DNA of 64,000 nt from Candidatus Aminicenantes bacterium. GTDB lineage: Bacteria; Acidobacteriota; Aminicenantia; UBA2199. The DNA is taken from positions 34,873 through 98,872 of the forward strand of contig JADFDP010000002.1 in the NCBI GenBank assembly GCA_018262835.1. The letters are read 5' to 3'. The notes beneath the pieces are model-generated. The model saw only the letters and a program-made list of their open reading frames with translations, was not told the origin of the DNA and searched no databases. Made by a program: the position numbers and the translations under genes. Positions 30,008 through 41,193 of the stretch are shown here, piece after piece. The stretch's first letter is position 1, and every line of letters starts with the position of its first letter.

Positions 30008-32203
30008 TCAACCCGCAGGCGCCTGAACGATCGCAAATGACCCGCCGCCCACTTTTTTCCCGGCCACGAACAATTCCACGCGATAGGAACCGGGAGTCCA
30101 CGTGCCGGGTTCATGCCAGCCGAAACCCATGGACAGCCACGAACTGGTCCAGGGGGACTGGATGAAGTAGTGCTGCACCTGGCGGTTGATGACGGTGCCG
30201 TCCGGCCTGAAGCAGACGGCCTCCACGGAAAAATCGATCCGCCTTCCCGGGTCGGGATACGCCAGGTTGATCTCCCACCAGACAAACCGGGCGGAAGCCC
30301 TGGAGAAGCGGCTGCCATAGGTCCTTTGCTGGATTGGGACATCGTCGACTCCCCCTTCGTAAAATTTCACTCCGGTCACTTTTGCCTGCAGCGAGGGGAT
30401 ATCGTAATTGTTCTCGCCCGTCAGCCCGTCCATGATCGCCTGGGCCTGATCGAGATCGATCGGGGGCTGTGGATCGTTGATCCTGAATCGCTGCTGGTCC
30501 GTGGTCCCAGCGGGGATGCTCCTCCTGAGGTTGTCCAGCATTTGGGCGACCAGGCTGTCGATCAGCGGCAGGTCATCCTCGTAGTCGTCCTTGACCAGCA
30601 GGAACCGGCTGCGGGTGAGGCGGATCGTGCGGGACAGATTGTTCTGTCCGTCCGCCAGCCTCCCGAGCTCCATGGCGGCGTCGGCGGCGCGGATGTCCTT
30701 TTCCAGGAAATGCGCGGCATTGAGCGTGCCCGCGGCCGAGTCGAGGCGCCGGCGCACGTCGCGCAGCCTGGCGTCGCAGGCCAGGCGGTTCAGGTCGTCG
30801 CGGGCCTTTTCCATGGTTTCAAGCGAGCGGTCGACCCGGGCCGGCAGATTGCCTTTCTGGCGCAGGGCTTCGCGCAGCCGCGGCAGCAGGTCGCGCTCGA
30901 TCCAGCGGATGATGGGGCCGGCAATGATTTCGATGACGATCTCGTTGCTGGTGACCTTCACCAGCAGCTTGGCGACCTGGCGGCGGATCTCCCGGCGCAT
31001 CTGCAGCTGCAGGGCGCGCTGCGCCGACCGGGCGTCGTGAAAGCCGAAGCCGAACAGCTTCTCGGTTTCCCGGTCCAGGAATTCGTTGATCTTGCGCTGG
31101 GCGTGGAAGGCCGTCTTGTCCAGGGCCTCGTTCCAGCTGTTGCTGGTCAGGATGTCCCGCAGCCCCTCCGATTCCAGCCTGGCGGCGAACTGCTCCCTGG
31201 CCAGGCTCAGGACCACGCGGGCCGCGTCCGCCCGGGAGTTTTTCGCCGTGTCCGGGTTCAGCGGCGTGAAGGGCGCCTTGGCCAGGGTCTGATATTTGAC
31301 CACCACCTGGTTGAGCAGGATCGGGGTCTCCACCAGGAGATCCAGTTCCTCGAAAAGCCCGCGCCGGGTCTCGGCCCTTTGGAACTCCTTCAGGGTCTGA
31401 TGATACGCCTCGCCCGCCTGCAGGGCCTTCCTGCCGATGGCAATGACCTTTTGCGGATCCGCATTCGGAGTGCCGAGCAGCGCCGCCAGCTCGCTGTCAA
31501 GGCTGGAGATATTCCGTTGATGCGCCTTAAGGGCTTCGAGATAGCGGGTCAACGCTCCGCTCTTTCCGCAGTCTCCTCCTTCAGCGACCGGGGCTCGGCC
31601 GCCGAGCCTGGCCATAACCGTCGCCCCGATCGTCCGGATGATCTTTTCCGCCTGCGCGTCGCTGAAATCCCGGTGGTACAAATCGTTGTAATTCAGTATA
31701 TCCACGAGCAGCAGCCAGTTGCCCTGGACGGCATCGATGGACTGGTTCACCAGCTCATGGCGCGTGTGGGCTCTGTCAAGGAAACGTCTGTCTCCCGTCT
31801 GGATGCTGGCGCTGCCGACGCCGACGTTGCGGGCGATGACGTTCTGGGGAGTTTTCATTTTGAACTGCGCGAGCCAGTTGAAATCGCTTTCGGCTTTGCT
31901 GGCGGAGTTGTAGCGCTTCAGCCGCACATTAATGAACGAGGTGTGCGTTTGTTGCGGCCTGAAAGCAATTGACGCTTCGGACATATTGAGAATGTCGTAT
32001 GTCTTGAATCCGATCTCGCCTGTTTGCTGGTAGCCGGGAGGCAGGTCATTGATGGTGACGACACGCTTTAGAACGTCGGCAACAGTCTCCGCAGCGGGCA
32101 TTTCCCTGAAATGCAGAAAGAAAACCAGGAACACCATGAGAAAAAGGACAAACCGTCTGGGCGCCGCGTCGAGCGGATGGCGAAACTCTCTCCAGTTGTT
32201 CAT
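30008..32203 (-). CDS. Large exported multidomain hypothetical protein
   Basis: Signal-like N-terminus, long helical middle, beta-rich C-terminus; TTGAAA-N17-TATACT at 32281-32309. Confidence 0.75.
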   Translation of the reverse strand: MNNWREFRHPLDAAPRRFVLFLMVFLVFFLHFREMPAAETVADVLKRVVTINDLPPGYQQTGEIGFKTYDILNMSEASIAFRPQQTHTSFINVRLKRYNSASKAESDFNWLAQFKMKTPQNVIARNVGVGSASIQTGDRRFLDRAHTRHELVNQSIDAVQGNWLLLVDILNYNDLYHRDFSDAQAEKIIRTIGATVMARLGGRAPVAEGGDCGKSGALTRYLEALKAHQRNISSLDSELAALLGTPNADPQKVIAIGRKALQAGEAYHQTLKEFQRAETRRGLFEELDLLVETPILLNQVVVKYQTLAKAPFTPLNPDTAKNSRADAARVVLSLAREQFAARLESEGLRDILTSNSWNEALDKTAFHAQRKINEFLDRETEKLFGFGFHDARSAQRALQLQMRREIRRQVAKLLVKVTSNEIVIEIIAGPIIRWIERDLLPRLREALRQKGNLPARVDRSLETMEKARDDLNRLACDARLRDVRRRLDSAAGTLNAAHFLEKDIRAADAAMELGRLADGQNNLSRTIRLTRSRFLLVKDDYEDDLPLIDSLVAQMLDNLRRSIPAGTTDQQRFRINDPQPPIDLDQAQAIMDGLTGENNYDIPSLQAKVTGVKFYEGGVDDVPIQQRTYGSRFSRASARFVWWEINLAYPDPGRRIDFSVEAVCFRPDGTVINRQVQHYFIQSPWTSSWLSMGFGWHEPGTWTPGSYRVELFVAGKKVGGGSFAIVQAPAG

Positions 32204-32363
32204 CGTCGTCCCCCCCTGTTTTGGGATTTGCCAAGCGGCGTTCTTCCCGCTCCGGGGGTCACGCCGAGGCAGCGAGAAAAAGTATAAAACATGGGCCGGA
32301 TAATTTCAAGAGCGGCGGTCAGGCCTGTTTGGCCTTACGGCGAATGCCGATAAACGGGTGATG

Positions 32364-33806
32364 TCAAGCCAGGTTCTTCAGGAATTCGACCAGCAGGCGG
32401 ACGCCGAAGCCTGTGGCGCCCTCGCTGTTCAGGCAGAAATTCGGCTTGGCCAGGAACGCCGTGCCGGCGATGTCCAGGTGGGCGAAGGGGACAGTGCCGG
32501 TAAATTCATGCAGGAAAAGGCCGGCTTTGATCGCGGAGGCGCCGCTATATTTTGCGTTTTTCAGGTCGGCGATCTTGGATGTGATGCTCTCTTTGTATTC
32601 AGCGGGCAGCGGCAGCGGCCAGAGAAGCTCGCCGCTGGATTCGGCCGCCTGGAGCAAAGCGGAACTCAGCTTCTTGTTGCGGCTGAACATCCCGGCATAG
32701 GAGTCACCCAGGGCGCTGACGATGGCCCCGGTCAGGGTGGAGATCTCGATGATCATATCGGGCTTGCACCTTGCGGCGAGGATCAGGGCGTCGGCCAGGA
32801 CCAGGCGGCCTTCGGCGTCCGTATCGACGATCTCCACCGTTTTCTTGTTGGCAAAGGTGATGATATCTCCCGGTTTGTAGGCCCGGCGGCCGGGCAGGTT
32901 TTCGGCCAATGCGGCGAAGCCGATCACCTTAAATGGCAGGTCCAGTTCGGCCGCGGTTATCAGGACGCCCAGAACCGCGGCAGCCCCCGCCATGTCGCTT
33001 TTCATCTCCTCCATGCCGATTCCCGACTTCAGGTTCAAGCCGCCGGCATCAAAAGTGATCCCCTTGCCGACCAGGGCGATGGTCCGGGAAAATTTTTTCG
33101 GGACATGGGACAGGGTGAGCAGGGCCGGAGAGCAGCATGAGGAGGCGCCCACGGCCAGCAGGCCGTTCAGGCCGAGTTCTTCCAGTTCTTTTTTGCGGCA
33201 AATGGTCAATTGCAGATGATATTTTTTGGCGCTGGCGCTGAAAAGCTGCACCAGCGAATCCGGCGTAATTTTTGCCGGGGTCTCATTGACCAGGTCTCGG
33301 GCCAGGGTCACCTGGTGCTCAATGATCTCCCGGGTTCTAAGGTCATTGACGCTCAAGGCGGCCGGCTTTTTGAACGCCAGCTGGATCCTGCTGACGGCCT
33401 TGCTTTTTTTCCTTTTGTAACGGTCGAAACGGTAATGGTTCAGGTGCAGGTAATCGATCAGGTTGACCAGGTAGTCATGGGGGTACGGACCCGGCTGGAT
33501 GAAATAAAACAGGGCTTTGCTGACGCGGCTTTCCCGTAAAAGGGCCATGGTTTTGCAGGCCAATTTCCGGGCGTCGGACAGCGAGCCGATGCGGCCGGCT
33601 CCGACCAGCATCAGCAGCCGCTGTTGTTGCAGCGAGTGGCAAACCTCCGCTTCGCCGGTCTTGCCCTTGATTCTTTTGCCGCGGCTGAGGAATTCCAGCT
33701 CGGGGAATTCCTGCCAGATCGCCGGCAGCGGCGTCCCTTGAAAAACGGGGATGATCACGGCGTCATGGCCTTCCGGTTTGAAGCTGTTTTTAATTATGAT
33801 CTTCAT
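32364..33806 (-). CDS. pepA: Leucyl aminopeptidase (M17)
   Basis: VGKGITFDAGG, MKSDMAG, DTDAEGRL, TLTGA, HLDIAG. Confidence 0.93.
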   Translation of the reverse strand: MKIIIKNSFKPEGHDAVIIPVFQGTPLPAIWQEFPELEFLSRGKRIKGKTGEAEVCHSLQQQRLLMLVGAGRIGSLSDARKLACKTMALLRESRVSKALFYFIQPGPYPHDYLVNLIDYLHLNHYRFDRYKRKKSKAVSRIQLAFKKPAALSVNDLRTREIIEHQVTLARDLVNETPAKITPDSLVQLFSASAKKYHLQLTICRKKELEELGLNGLLAVGASSCCSPALLTLSHVPKKFSRTIALVGKGITFDAGGLNLKSGIGMEEMKSDMAGAAAVLGVLITAAELDLPFKVIGFAALAENLPGRRAYKPGDIITFANKKTVEIVDTDAEGRLVLADALILAARCKPDMIIEISTLTGAIVSALGDSYAGMFSRNKKLSSALLQAAESSGELLWPLPLPAEYKESITSKIADLKNAKYSGASAIKAGLFLHEFTGTVPFAHLDIAGTAFLAKPNFCLNSEGATGFGVRLLVEFLKNLA

Positions 33807-34761
33807 TTTTTTTCTTTTTGCCGCCGGCGTTGACAAAGTGATCAAACCCGAGACGGGAAATTTTCAGCTGGCGTCCCTTTTCAAGGACCCGCAGGCCGCG
33901 CCCCCTGGTGATTTTCCCGATCAGGTGATAGCCCATTCCGGTTTGGCGCAGCCGGCTTTCCTGGCGCGGGGAAACGGCGAACAGCAGCTGGTAGTCTTCC
34001 CCGCCGGCCAGGACCAGTTCTTTTTCCGGGTAATTTTTCTGCCGGCACAGCCGCCGCAAGCGCGGGGAAACCGGAAGCTTTTTATAATCGATCTCGGCAC
34101 CCACGCCCGAAGCGTGGAGCAGCCGGGAAAGATCGAGCAGCAGGCCGTCGGATACGTCGATCATGGCATGGGCGTATTGGGCAAGCCTCAGGCCCTTCTC
34201 GCACTGGGGCACCGGGCGTTTATGGCAGCGGATGAAAGGGGAATCCTTTTCGCCGGCCAGGAGCTGCTTCAGCCCCAGGGCCGATTCTCCGGTCGGTCCG
34301 GTTATGGCGATCCAGTCGCCGGGCCTGGCGCCGCTGCGCAAAACCGGTTTTTTGCCCTGGCCGACGATGGTGATGGCGATGACCATTTTTTTCGAGCGTG
34401 AATAATCGCCGCCGGCCAGTTCCACGTGCCATTTTTTTGCGGCCCGGCCCAAGCCGGAAAAAAAAGCGCGCAAGTCGGCGGGACACAGGCGATCGGGAAA
34501 GCCCAGGTCAAGGTAAAAATATTGCGCCTGCCCGCCCATGGCCGCGATGTCGGAAACGTTCACCGCCAGGGATTTTTCAGCCAGTCCTGCCGGAGAGAAA
34601 TCCTCCAGTCGGAAATGGATGTCTTCGATCAGGATGTCGGTACTGACCAGCTGGAAATATCTGCCGACCCTGACCGCCGACGCGTCGTCCCCGATGCCCA
34701 GACCGCGGCGGAAAGGGAATTTGTCTTTCAAGTAGGCGACGAATTGTCTTTCATCCATCAA
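33790..34761 (-). CDS. thiL: Thiamine-monophosphate kinase
   Basis: GIGDDA, NVSDIAAMG, IDVSDGL, GGEDYQL. Confidence 0.96.
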   Translation of the reverse strand: MMDERQFVAYLKDKFPFRRGLGIGDDASAVRVGRYFQLVSTDILIEDIHFRLEDFSPAGLAEKSLAVNVSDIAAMGGQAQYFYLDLGFPDRLCPADLRAFFSGLGRAAKKWHVELAGGDYSRSKKMVIAITIVGQGKKPVLRSGARPGDWIAITGPTGESALGLKQLLAGEKDSPFIRCHKRPVPQCEKGLRLAQYAHAMIDVSDGLLLDLSRLLHASGVGAEIDYKKLPVSPRLRRLCRQKNYPEKELVLAGGEDYQLLFAVSPRQESRLRQTGMGYHLIGKITRGRGLRVLEKGRQLKISRLGFDHFVNAGGKKKKNEDHN

Positions 34762-37142
34762 AATATTTTATTGACCAGGGCGGAATTCACCGCGTCCTTG
34801 AAGTCTTGAACGAATATGAAATTCATGGATTGAATATGGCTGTCCTTGAGTTCGCTCAGGTCTTTTTTGTTTTTTTCCGGCAGGATGATGGTCTTGATCC
34901 CGGCCCGGCGCGCGGCCAGCACTTTTTCCTTGATGCCGCCCACCGGCAATACTTTCCCGCGCAGGGTGATCTCTCCGGTCATGGCGATCTCCCGGTTCAC
35001 GGCGATGCCGGTGAACGCCGAGATCAGCGCCGTGGCCAGGGTGATCCCTGCCGACGGTCCGTCTTTGGGGATGCCGCCTTCCGGGATGTGAATATGGATG
35101 TCATTTTTTTCGAATTTTTCGATGGCCAGCTGCAGTTGAGCCGATGAGGCTTTGATCAGGCTCAGGGCCGCGCTGGCCGACTCCTTCATGACATCGCCCA
35201 AAGACCCGGTCAGGATCAGCGTGCCCTTGCCCGGGATCAGCTTGACCTCGATGAAGAGGATGTCCCCGCCGTAGGGCGTCCAGGCCATGCCGGTGGCCAC
35301 GCCCACCGAGTTTTCCTCCAGCAGCTGGTCGCGGAACAGCTTGGGGATGCCGGCGTATTTTTCCAGATTGCGGATGGTGATCTTGTACAATTTCCTTTCA
35401 CCCAGCGCCACTTTATGGGCCACTTTGCGGCAGATGCCGCCGATCTCCCTTTCCAGATTGCGCACGCCCGCTTCCCGCGTGTACAGGGCAATGATGTTTT
35501 TCAGCGCTCCGGGAGTGAATTCGATCAAATGCGAGTTCAGACCGTTGGTTTCAATCTGGCGCGGGATCAGGTGCCGGCGGGCGATCTCGATCTTTTCCTC
35601 CTCGGTGTAGCCGTGGATCTCGATGACTTCCATGCGGTCGCGGAAAGCCGGCTGGATGGGCTCCAGCAGGTTGGCCGTGGTGATGAACAGGACCTTGGAA
35701 AGGTCGAACGGCACTCCCAGGTAGTGGTCGGTAAAGGAGTTGTTCTGCTCGGGGTCCAGGACCTCCAAGAGGGCCGAAGAAGGGTCACCGCGAAAATCCA
35801 TGCCGATCTTGTCCACTTCGTCCATCATGAACACCGGGTTGTTGCTGGCGGCGTTTTTCAATTCCTGGATGATTTTGCCGGGCAGGGCGCCGACGTAAGT
35901 GCGGCGGTGGCCGCGAATCTCGGCTTCGTCGCGCACTCCGCCCAGGGAGATGCGTACGAACTTCTTGTTCAGGGCGCGGGCGATGGACTTGCCCAGGGAA
36001 GTTTTGCCGACCCCGGGCGGTCCGACGAAGCACAGGATCGGTCCGTGGGCCTTGGCCGTCAGCTTGCGGACGCTCAGATATTCCAGTATCCTTTCCTTTA
36101 CTTTTTCCAGTCCGAAGTGGTCCTGGTTCAAAATGCTCTTGGCCCGTTTCAGGTTCATGTTGTCCTTGCTGGCGGTTCCCCAGGGCAGTTCGAACATCCA
36201 GTCCAGATAGGTCCGGATCACGGTGCTTTCGGCTGATTCCGGGTGCATTTTTTTAAGGCGCTCGATGTTTTTCTCGGTTTCTTTTCGGGCAGCTTCAGGC
36301 ATTTTTACTTCTTCCAGCTTTTTCAGGTAATCGTTGATCTCGTCGATGTTCTCGGCATCTTCACCCAGTTCTTTTTTGATGGCTTTCAATTGCTGGCGCA
36401 GGAAATACTCCTTCTGGTTCTTATCCATCTCGCCCTGGGCCTTGAGGTTGATCTGGTTCTGCACGTTCAGCATTTCTATCTCATAATTCAGATATTCGTG
36501 GACCTTGCCCAGTCTTTTGAGCGAATTCATCTCTTCCAGAATCTTCTGGGATTCCTCGATCTTCAGTTCCAGGTTGGAGGCGATGATATCGGCCAGTTTC
36601 CCAGGCTCTTCTATGTTTTCGGCGATGATCAGGATCTCATTGGAGATCTGTTTTCCCAGCTTGCTGACCTGTTCGAATTTCTGGCGCACGTTCTTGATCA
36701 TGGCTTTGTTTTCCAGCGTCAGCTCGGCCGGCTCTTCGTCTTCCACCTGGATGACCTCGGCCTGCAGGATCTTGCCGTCGTCGATCAACGTCCGCACCTT
36801 GACCCGGGAAATGCCCTGGATGAGCACGCGCATGCGGCCGTCGGGGAGCTTGAGCATGCGCACGATCAGGGCCACGGTCCCGAATTGATACAATTGCTCT
36901 TTACTGGGGTCTTCCACGTTCATGTCTTTTTGGGTCAGCAGAAGGATCAAGCGGTCGCTGTTCAGGGCCGCATCGACGGCTTTCTTGGATTTGGCCCGGC
37001 CGACGTACAAAGGCACGATCATGTAGGGGAAAACCACGATATCGCGCAAAACCAGGACCGGCAGGCTGTCGGGGATCTTGATTTTATCCAGCTTTTCCTC
37101 TTTTTCCTGCCGGGCGGGGATGTTCTTCTGTTCTTCAGCCAT
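34758..37142 (-). CDS. lon: ATP-dependent Lon protease (paralogue 2, canonical)
   Basis: [44 protein letters not shown]. Confidence 0.97.
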   Translation of the reverse strand: MAEEQKNIPARQEKEEKLDKIKIPDSLPVLVLRDIVVFPYMIVPLYVGRAKSKKAVDAALNSDRLILLLTQKDMNVEDPSKEQLYQFGTVALIVRMLKLPDGRMRVLIQGISRVKVRTLIDDGKILQAEVIQVEDEEPAELTLENKAMIKNVRQKFEQVSKLGKQISNEILIIAENIEEPGKLADIIASNLELKIEESQKILEEMNSLKRLGKVHEYLNYEIEMLNVQNQINLKAQGEMDKNQKEYFLRQQLKAIKKELGEDAENIDEINDYLKKLEEVKMPEAARKETEKNIERLKKMHPESAESTVIRTYLDWMFELPWGTASKDNMNLKRAKSILNQDHFGLEKVKERILEYLSVRKLTAKAHGPILCFVGPPGVGKTSLGKSIARALNKKFVRISLGGVRDEAEIRGHRRTYVGALPGKIIQELKNAASNNPVFMMDEVDKIGMDFRGDPSSALLEVLDPEQNNSFTDHYLGVPFDLSKVLFITTANLLEPIQPAFRDRMEVIEIHGYTEEEKIEIARRHLIPRQIETNGLNSHLIEFTPGALKNIIALYTREAGVRNLEREIGGICRKVAHKVALGERKLYKITIRNLEKYAGIPKLFRDQLLEENSVGVATGMAWTPYGGDILFIEVKLIPGKGTLILTGSLGDVMKESASAALSLIKASSAQLQLAIEKFEKNDIHIHIPEGGIPKDGPSAGITLATALISAFTGIAVNREIAMTGEITLRGKVLPVGGIKEKVLAARRAGIKTIILPEKNKKDLSELKDSHIQSMNFIFVQDFKDAVNSALVNKIF

Positions 37143-37153
37143 GCGCTGCCTCG

Positions 37154-37555
37154 TTACTTGATTTCCACTGAAATCTTGGACATGAGTTTCTTTTTGACTT
37201 CGATGGTCAGGACCCCGTTTTCCATGAGTGACTTGATCTTGCCCGTGTCCAGCGGGAAATCGATGACGATCTTCTTGTAAAAAGTTCCGAACTCCCTTTC
37301 GAACAGGTAGTAGGTCACGGGATCATTTTCCAGCCGCGGCTGCTTTTTCACCCCTTTGACGATCAGTTCCTGGTTATTGAGCAGGGTGATGGTTACATCG
37401 CTTTTGTCGACTCCGGGGAGTTCCATTTCGATGCACAAGGAATCGCGGGTTTCCACGATATTGGTGTTGGGTTTCCAGTCGATATGCGTACTGATGCCCG
37501 AAGGATAGTTCTTGCTGATCTCTATCTCAAAAAAAGGATAATGTTTTTTTGCCAT
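37154..37555 (-). CDS. Hsp20/alpha-crystallin small heat shock protein
   Basis: ELPGV, EREFGTF, ENGVLTI; upstream of lon. Confidence 0.9.
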   Translation of the reverse strand: MAKKHYPFFEIEISKNYPSGISTHIDWKPNTNIVETRDSLCIEMELPGVDKSDVTITLLNNQELIVKGVKKQPRLENDPVTYYLFEREFGTFYKKIVIDFPLDTGKIKSLMENGVLTIEVKKKLMSKISVEIK

Positions 37556-38011
37556 TCATTCCTCCTTTTTCAAAAGGCTGTGCAATTCTGTCAGGAACTC
37601 CTCCAGGCTTTTGAATTCCAAATAAACCGAGGCGAAGCGCACGTAGGCCACCTTGTCCAGTTTTTTTAATTTTTCCATGATCATGCCCCCGATCTTGGAG
37701 GTAAGAACCTCGCGGTCGGAGCGTGAAAAAAATTCTTCGACCTGCCGGGCCAGCTGTTCGATCTGCTTGGTCTGCACCGGCCGCTTTTCCAGGGCCCGAT
37801 ACAGACCCTTGCGGATCTTGTCCATGTCGAACGGCTCGCGCCGCCCGTCTTTCTTGACCACCATCAGCGGGATATCCTCAATCTTTTCGTAGGTGGTGAA
37901 TCTCTTTCCGCAATGCAGGCACTCGCGGCGGCGCCTGATGTACAGTCCGTCCTTGCTTTCGCGGGTTTCGATCACCTTGTCGGCGATCTCAGCGCACTGT
38001 GGACAATTCAT
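37556..38011 (-). CDS. nrdR: Transcriptional repressor NrdR
   Basis: MNCPQC, RRRRECLHC, ATP cone, VAYVRFASVY. Confidence 0.98.
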   Translation of the reverse strand: MNCPQCAEIADKVIETRESKDGLYIRRRRECLHCGKRFTTYEKIEDIPLMVVKKDGRREPFDMDKIRKGLYRALEKRPVQTKQIEQLARQVEEFFSRSDREVLTSKIGGMIMEKLKKLDKVAYVRFASVYLEFKSLEEFLTELHSLLKKEE

Positions 38012-39014
38012 CTTTTTTCCTCATGCGGCCAATGATTTTGAAATTCAGGCCCTCACGCCAGAAAGCGATCAAGCCGAGGACGATCGGCGGCGCCAGCAGC
38101 AGGAAATGGAACAGGATCGTGAAGGCCACCGCCGTTTTTTCCTGGATGGCGAAAAGACCGACCAGGGCATATTTTGCCGCCAGGTCCAGGCTGCCGGCCA
38201 TGCCCGGGGTGGGAACGGCCGCGGATACGAAGATCACGGCCAAAAAAGGGATCAGGGAAGGCAGATCCAGGCTGATGCCGGAGAATCCCCGCATCAGCAG
38301 CCAATAGGAAAAGAGGATGATGCCCCAGTGCAGCAGGGAGAAAAAAAACACTTGCGCTATGCCCGTCCAGCCCAGGTTCAAGTGCAGGGCTTTGACAAAA
38401 TGCACGAGCGCAGCGCTGGCGCTGGCGCGGAAGCGGGCGGGCAATACTCGCGACAGCCATTGGATGAGCCGCTCGGTCCTGGGGAGGAATTTTTCGGAAT
38501 TGGCCAGAGTGATCAGGGCGAAGATCAGAAAAACGAGCGGTAAAAGAAGGAAGGCCAGCACTTTCAGCCTGAGCAGGATAGGCGAGGCTTTTCCCAGTCC
38601 GGATATCAGGTAAAGTGTCAGCAGGAGCAGGACAGTGAGCAAATCGAACAGCCGTTCATTGATGATGGTGGCGATGGCCTGACTTTTCTTGATTTTTTCC
38701 TTTTCGGCCAGCAGCACCGGCCGGGCGATCTCTCCCAGCCTTCCGGGCAGCAGATAGGAGATCATGAAGCCGATCAGGGTGAAATTCATCAAGCTGCTGA
38801 AGGGGATCTGCCTTTTGAAGGGACGCAGAAGCAAACCCCAGCGGTAAGACCGAACGCAATATTGCGGCAGGGACAAGAGCATGAACAGCAACGGGAAGCG
38901 GAGGGGGATGGACAGCCAAATGGTTTTTATTTCGTTAAAATTTATACGATTTATGAACAGCCAGATGAAAAACACCGACAGGGCGCTGATCAGTAACAGT
39001 TTCCAGAGTTTCAT
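37989..39014 (-). CDS. Lysylphosphatidylglycerol synthase TM/flippase-like protein (UPF0104)
   Basis: RW, LPGRLGE, ERLFD, VPTPG; polytopic. Confidence 0.85.
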   Translation of the reverse strand: MKLWKLLLISALSVFFIWLFINRINFNEIKTIWLSIPLRFPLLFMLLSLPQYCVRSYRWGLLLRPFKRQIPFSSLMNFTLIGFMISYLLPGRLGEIARPVLLAEKEKIKKSQAIATIINERLFDLLTVLLLLTLYLISGLGKASPILLRLKVLAFLLLPLVFLIFALITLANSEKFLPRTERLIQWLSRVLPARFRASASAALVHFVKALHLNLGWTGIAQVFFFSLLHWGIILFSYWLLMRGFSGISLDLPSLIPFLAVIFVSAAVPTPGMAGSLDLAAKYALVGLFAIQEKTAVAFTILFHFLLLAPPIVLGLIAFWREGLNFKIIGRMRKKDELSTVR

Positions 39015-39078
39015 CTGCCCGTCATATTAATATCTTACGCCGCCAATGTCAATCGTGCCTGAAAGGGGCCAAGCAGGA

Positions 39079-41193
39079 TCAGGCGCTGTGCTCGGGCAGA
39101 AAAAGGATGAAGGTCGTGCCGCTGCCTTTTTTCACGTTGATCTCGATCCAGCCGGCATTCTCCTCGATGATCTCCTTGACCGTGGTCAGGCCCAGGCCGG
39201 TCCCCTTTTCACCCTTGGTGGTGAAATAGGGTTCAAATATCTTGTTGATGATCTTTTCCTCGATGCCGGTGCCGTTGTCGGATATTTTGATGCGGATGAA
39301 GTTGTTTTTTGCCTTGGAAATGTAGATGCGGTCAGCCGTAATGCCGATCAGTCCTTTTTCGCGCCCGGCCGCCCAAATGGCGTCCTTGGCGTTGATCAGC
39401 ACGTTGAACAGCGCCAGCAGGAATTTTTCCTTGTTCATCAGGACGGTCAGGGTGCTGTCCATATAGTTCTTTTCGACCTCGATCCTTTTGAGAACGGTCT
39501 TGCCCAGCAGGTTGAGCACGGTTTCGATGGCATTCCCCACGTTCATGCTCTCTTTCTTCATCTTTTCCTTTTTTGAAAAATCCAGAATGTCCTTGCCCAG
39601 GTTGTAGGCGCGCAGGGCCACGTCCTCGATCAACACGGTGCGCTCGAAATTGGCGTGGCCAGCACCGACCTCCCTTTTGAGCATGCTCAAATGGCCCAGC
39701 AGGCTGGTCATCAGATTGTTGAATTCATGGGTAAAGCGGCTGAGCAGTTCTCCGAGCGTTCCGAGTTTTTTGGCATGCAGCAGCTTTTCTTCCAATTCGA
39801 ATTTTTCGCTGATGTCCTCCATCTGCAGCACTTCGGCCGGGGCTCCGGGCAGGGGAATTTTATAAAGGGTCAAGCGCAGGATTTTTTCACCGACCTCCTC
39901 TTGAACCACTGAAAAGCTGTCATAGAAACAGGGGTTGCCGCTCAGCAAAACTTTGAAATAATCTTCGCGCAGCGGCAGAAATCGGGGCAGGCACTCAAAC
40001 AACGGCTTGCCCTTGAACTGAATGAGCGGCCGCGCCAGCAGTTTTTCGGCGGCCGGGTTCATGGTGATCACTTCGGCGCTTTCGTTGCCGATGACGATGG
40101 CGGACGGGGAATGTTCGATGATCTTGGCAAAAAACTGCTGCAGTTCCCTGATCTCGTCGCGCTGGATTTTAAGTGAATCCGACATTTTGTTGAAGACGTC
40201 GGCCAATTCGCCGATTTCATCTTTGGACTCAAGCTTCATGCGGATGTCGTAATTGCCTCCGGCAATGGCTTCCGCGCCTTGGGCCAGGTTGACGATGGGC
40301 GAAGTCAGCTTTTTGCCCAGTAAAATGCTGGTCAGTATGACGAAAAAGCCGATCAGCAGCGATGTGTAAAGCAGGCTGGAAATGCCGACTTTTTTGGCCG
40401 CCATGATCTTTTCAATGTTGACCGCGACAAAAATTTCTCCGACTTTTTTCTTCTGGTAATCGTCCACCGAGAAGGTGTCCAGTAGATAGCGGTCGCCGCC
40501 AGGCTGGAAACGGACCATTTCATCAGGATTGGCCTTGGCCAGACGGGGGAAAATCATTTCGCCGTTATTGTCGGTCAAGGTGGAAGTGACAGGGTGGCCC
40601 ATGACGTAAACCATGATGTCGGTCTTTGATTTTTCCTTGATCTGGTCAGTGAATTCCAAATTGAAGGGAATTTCCAGCAGCAGGAATCCTTTGAGTCTAA
40701 AAGTTTCCTGGTCGATAATGGGGGATATGGCGGCCATGCAAAGGTTGCCGTCGATCAGGAAAACTCCGGCTTCACGGATCAGCGGGTCTCTTTTTTTATT
40801 TAAAAATGTGATTTGTTCCAGATTCTTTTCCGCAATGTGACTGTTCGACGAATTGTCATGGCTTAGAACGATCTTTCCCGTCGCATTGAGTATTTTGATG
40901 TTGATGTTGGAAAAAAAGAAATTCTTGAATTCCAGGGCCATGGCCAACTCATCCAGGTCGCCCGTGTTTTCGATGATCTCTTTTAATTCCGACAGGAAGA
41001 GCGCTTTGCGTACCAGGTCGCCGAGATTCTCCAGGAATATGCTTTCTGCCACTTTTTTTGCGGCGGCGATCTCCTCTTTGGCCATTTTTTCGTACCTGCG
41101 GGAAATGGAGATGATCGAGAAATTCAGGGAGATGACCATGGAGAGGATGGCGATGAATATCAGGGATAGAAAAAGTTTGGCTGTTATTTTCAT
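39079..41193 (-). CDS. Membrane sensor histidine kinase (periplasmic domain, HAMP, PAS, HisKA, HATPase)
   Basis: 2 TMs, DEIGELA HAMP, THEFNN, NAKDA, DNGTGI, FTTK, GTGLGL. Confidence 0.92.
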   Translation of the reverse strand: MKITAKLFLSLIFIAILSMVISLNFSIISISRRYEKMAKEEIAAAKKVAESIFLENLGDLVRKALFLSELKEIIENTGDLDELAMALEFKNFFFSNINIKILNATGKIVLSHDNSSNSHIAEKNLEQITFLNKKRDPLIREAGVFLIDGNLCMAAISPIIDQETFRLKGFLLLEIPFNLEFTDQIKEKSKTDIMVYVMGHPVTSTLTDNNGEMIFPRLAKANPDEMVRFQPGGDRYLLDTFSVDDYQKKKVGEIFVAVNIEKIMAAKKVGISSLLYTSLLIGFFVILTSILLGKKLTSPIVNLAQGAEAIAGGNYDIRMKLESKDEIGELADVFNKMSDSLKIQRDEIRELQQFFAKIIEHSPSAIVIGNESAEVITMNPAAEKLLARPLIQFKGKPLFECLPRFLPLREDYFKVLLSGNPCFYDSFSVVQEEVGEKILRLTLYKIPLPGAPAEVLQMEDISEKFELEEKLLHAKKLGTLGELLSRFTHEFNNLMTSLLGHLSMLKREVGAGHANFERTVLIEDVALRAYNLGKDILDFSKKEKMKKESMNVGNAIETVLNLLGKTVLKRIEVEKNYMDSTLTVLMNKEKFLLALFNVLINAKDAIWAAGREKGLIGITADRIYISKAKNNFIRIKISDNGTGIEEKIINKIFEPYFTTKGEKGTGLGLTTVKEIIEENAGWIEINVKKGSGTTFILFLPEHSA

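Noticed and set aside
30113..31972. 619-aa plus-strand ORF and many other long antisense ORFs (e.g. 2987-3928, 8587-9744, 12381-13550, 49524-50885, 51581-52789, 58858-60075)
   Set aside because: Shadow ORFs of GC-rich genes on the opposite strand; no motifs and atypical composition
32204..32275. Riboswitch in the leader of the 731-aa gene
   Set aside because: Short stems are possible, but no known aptamer consensus was recognised
16831..37142. Two lon genes as a novelty or recent duplication
   Set aside because: Paired clpX-lon and hsp20-lon loci are common and these copies are divergent; only the helix deletion is notable
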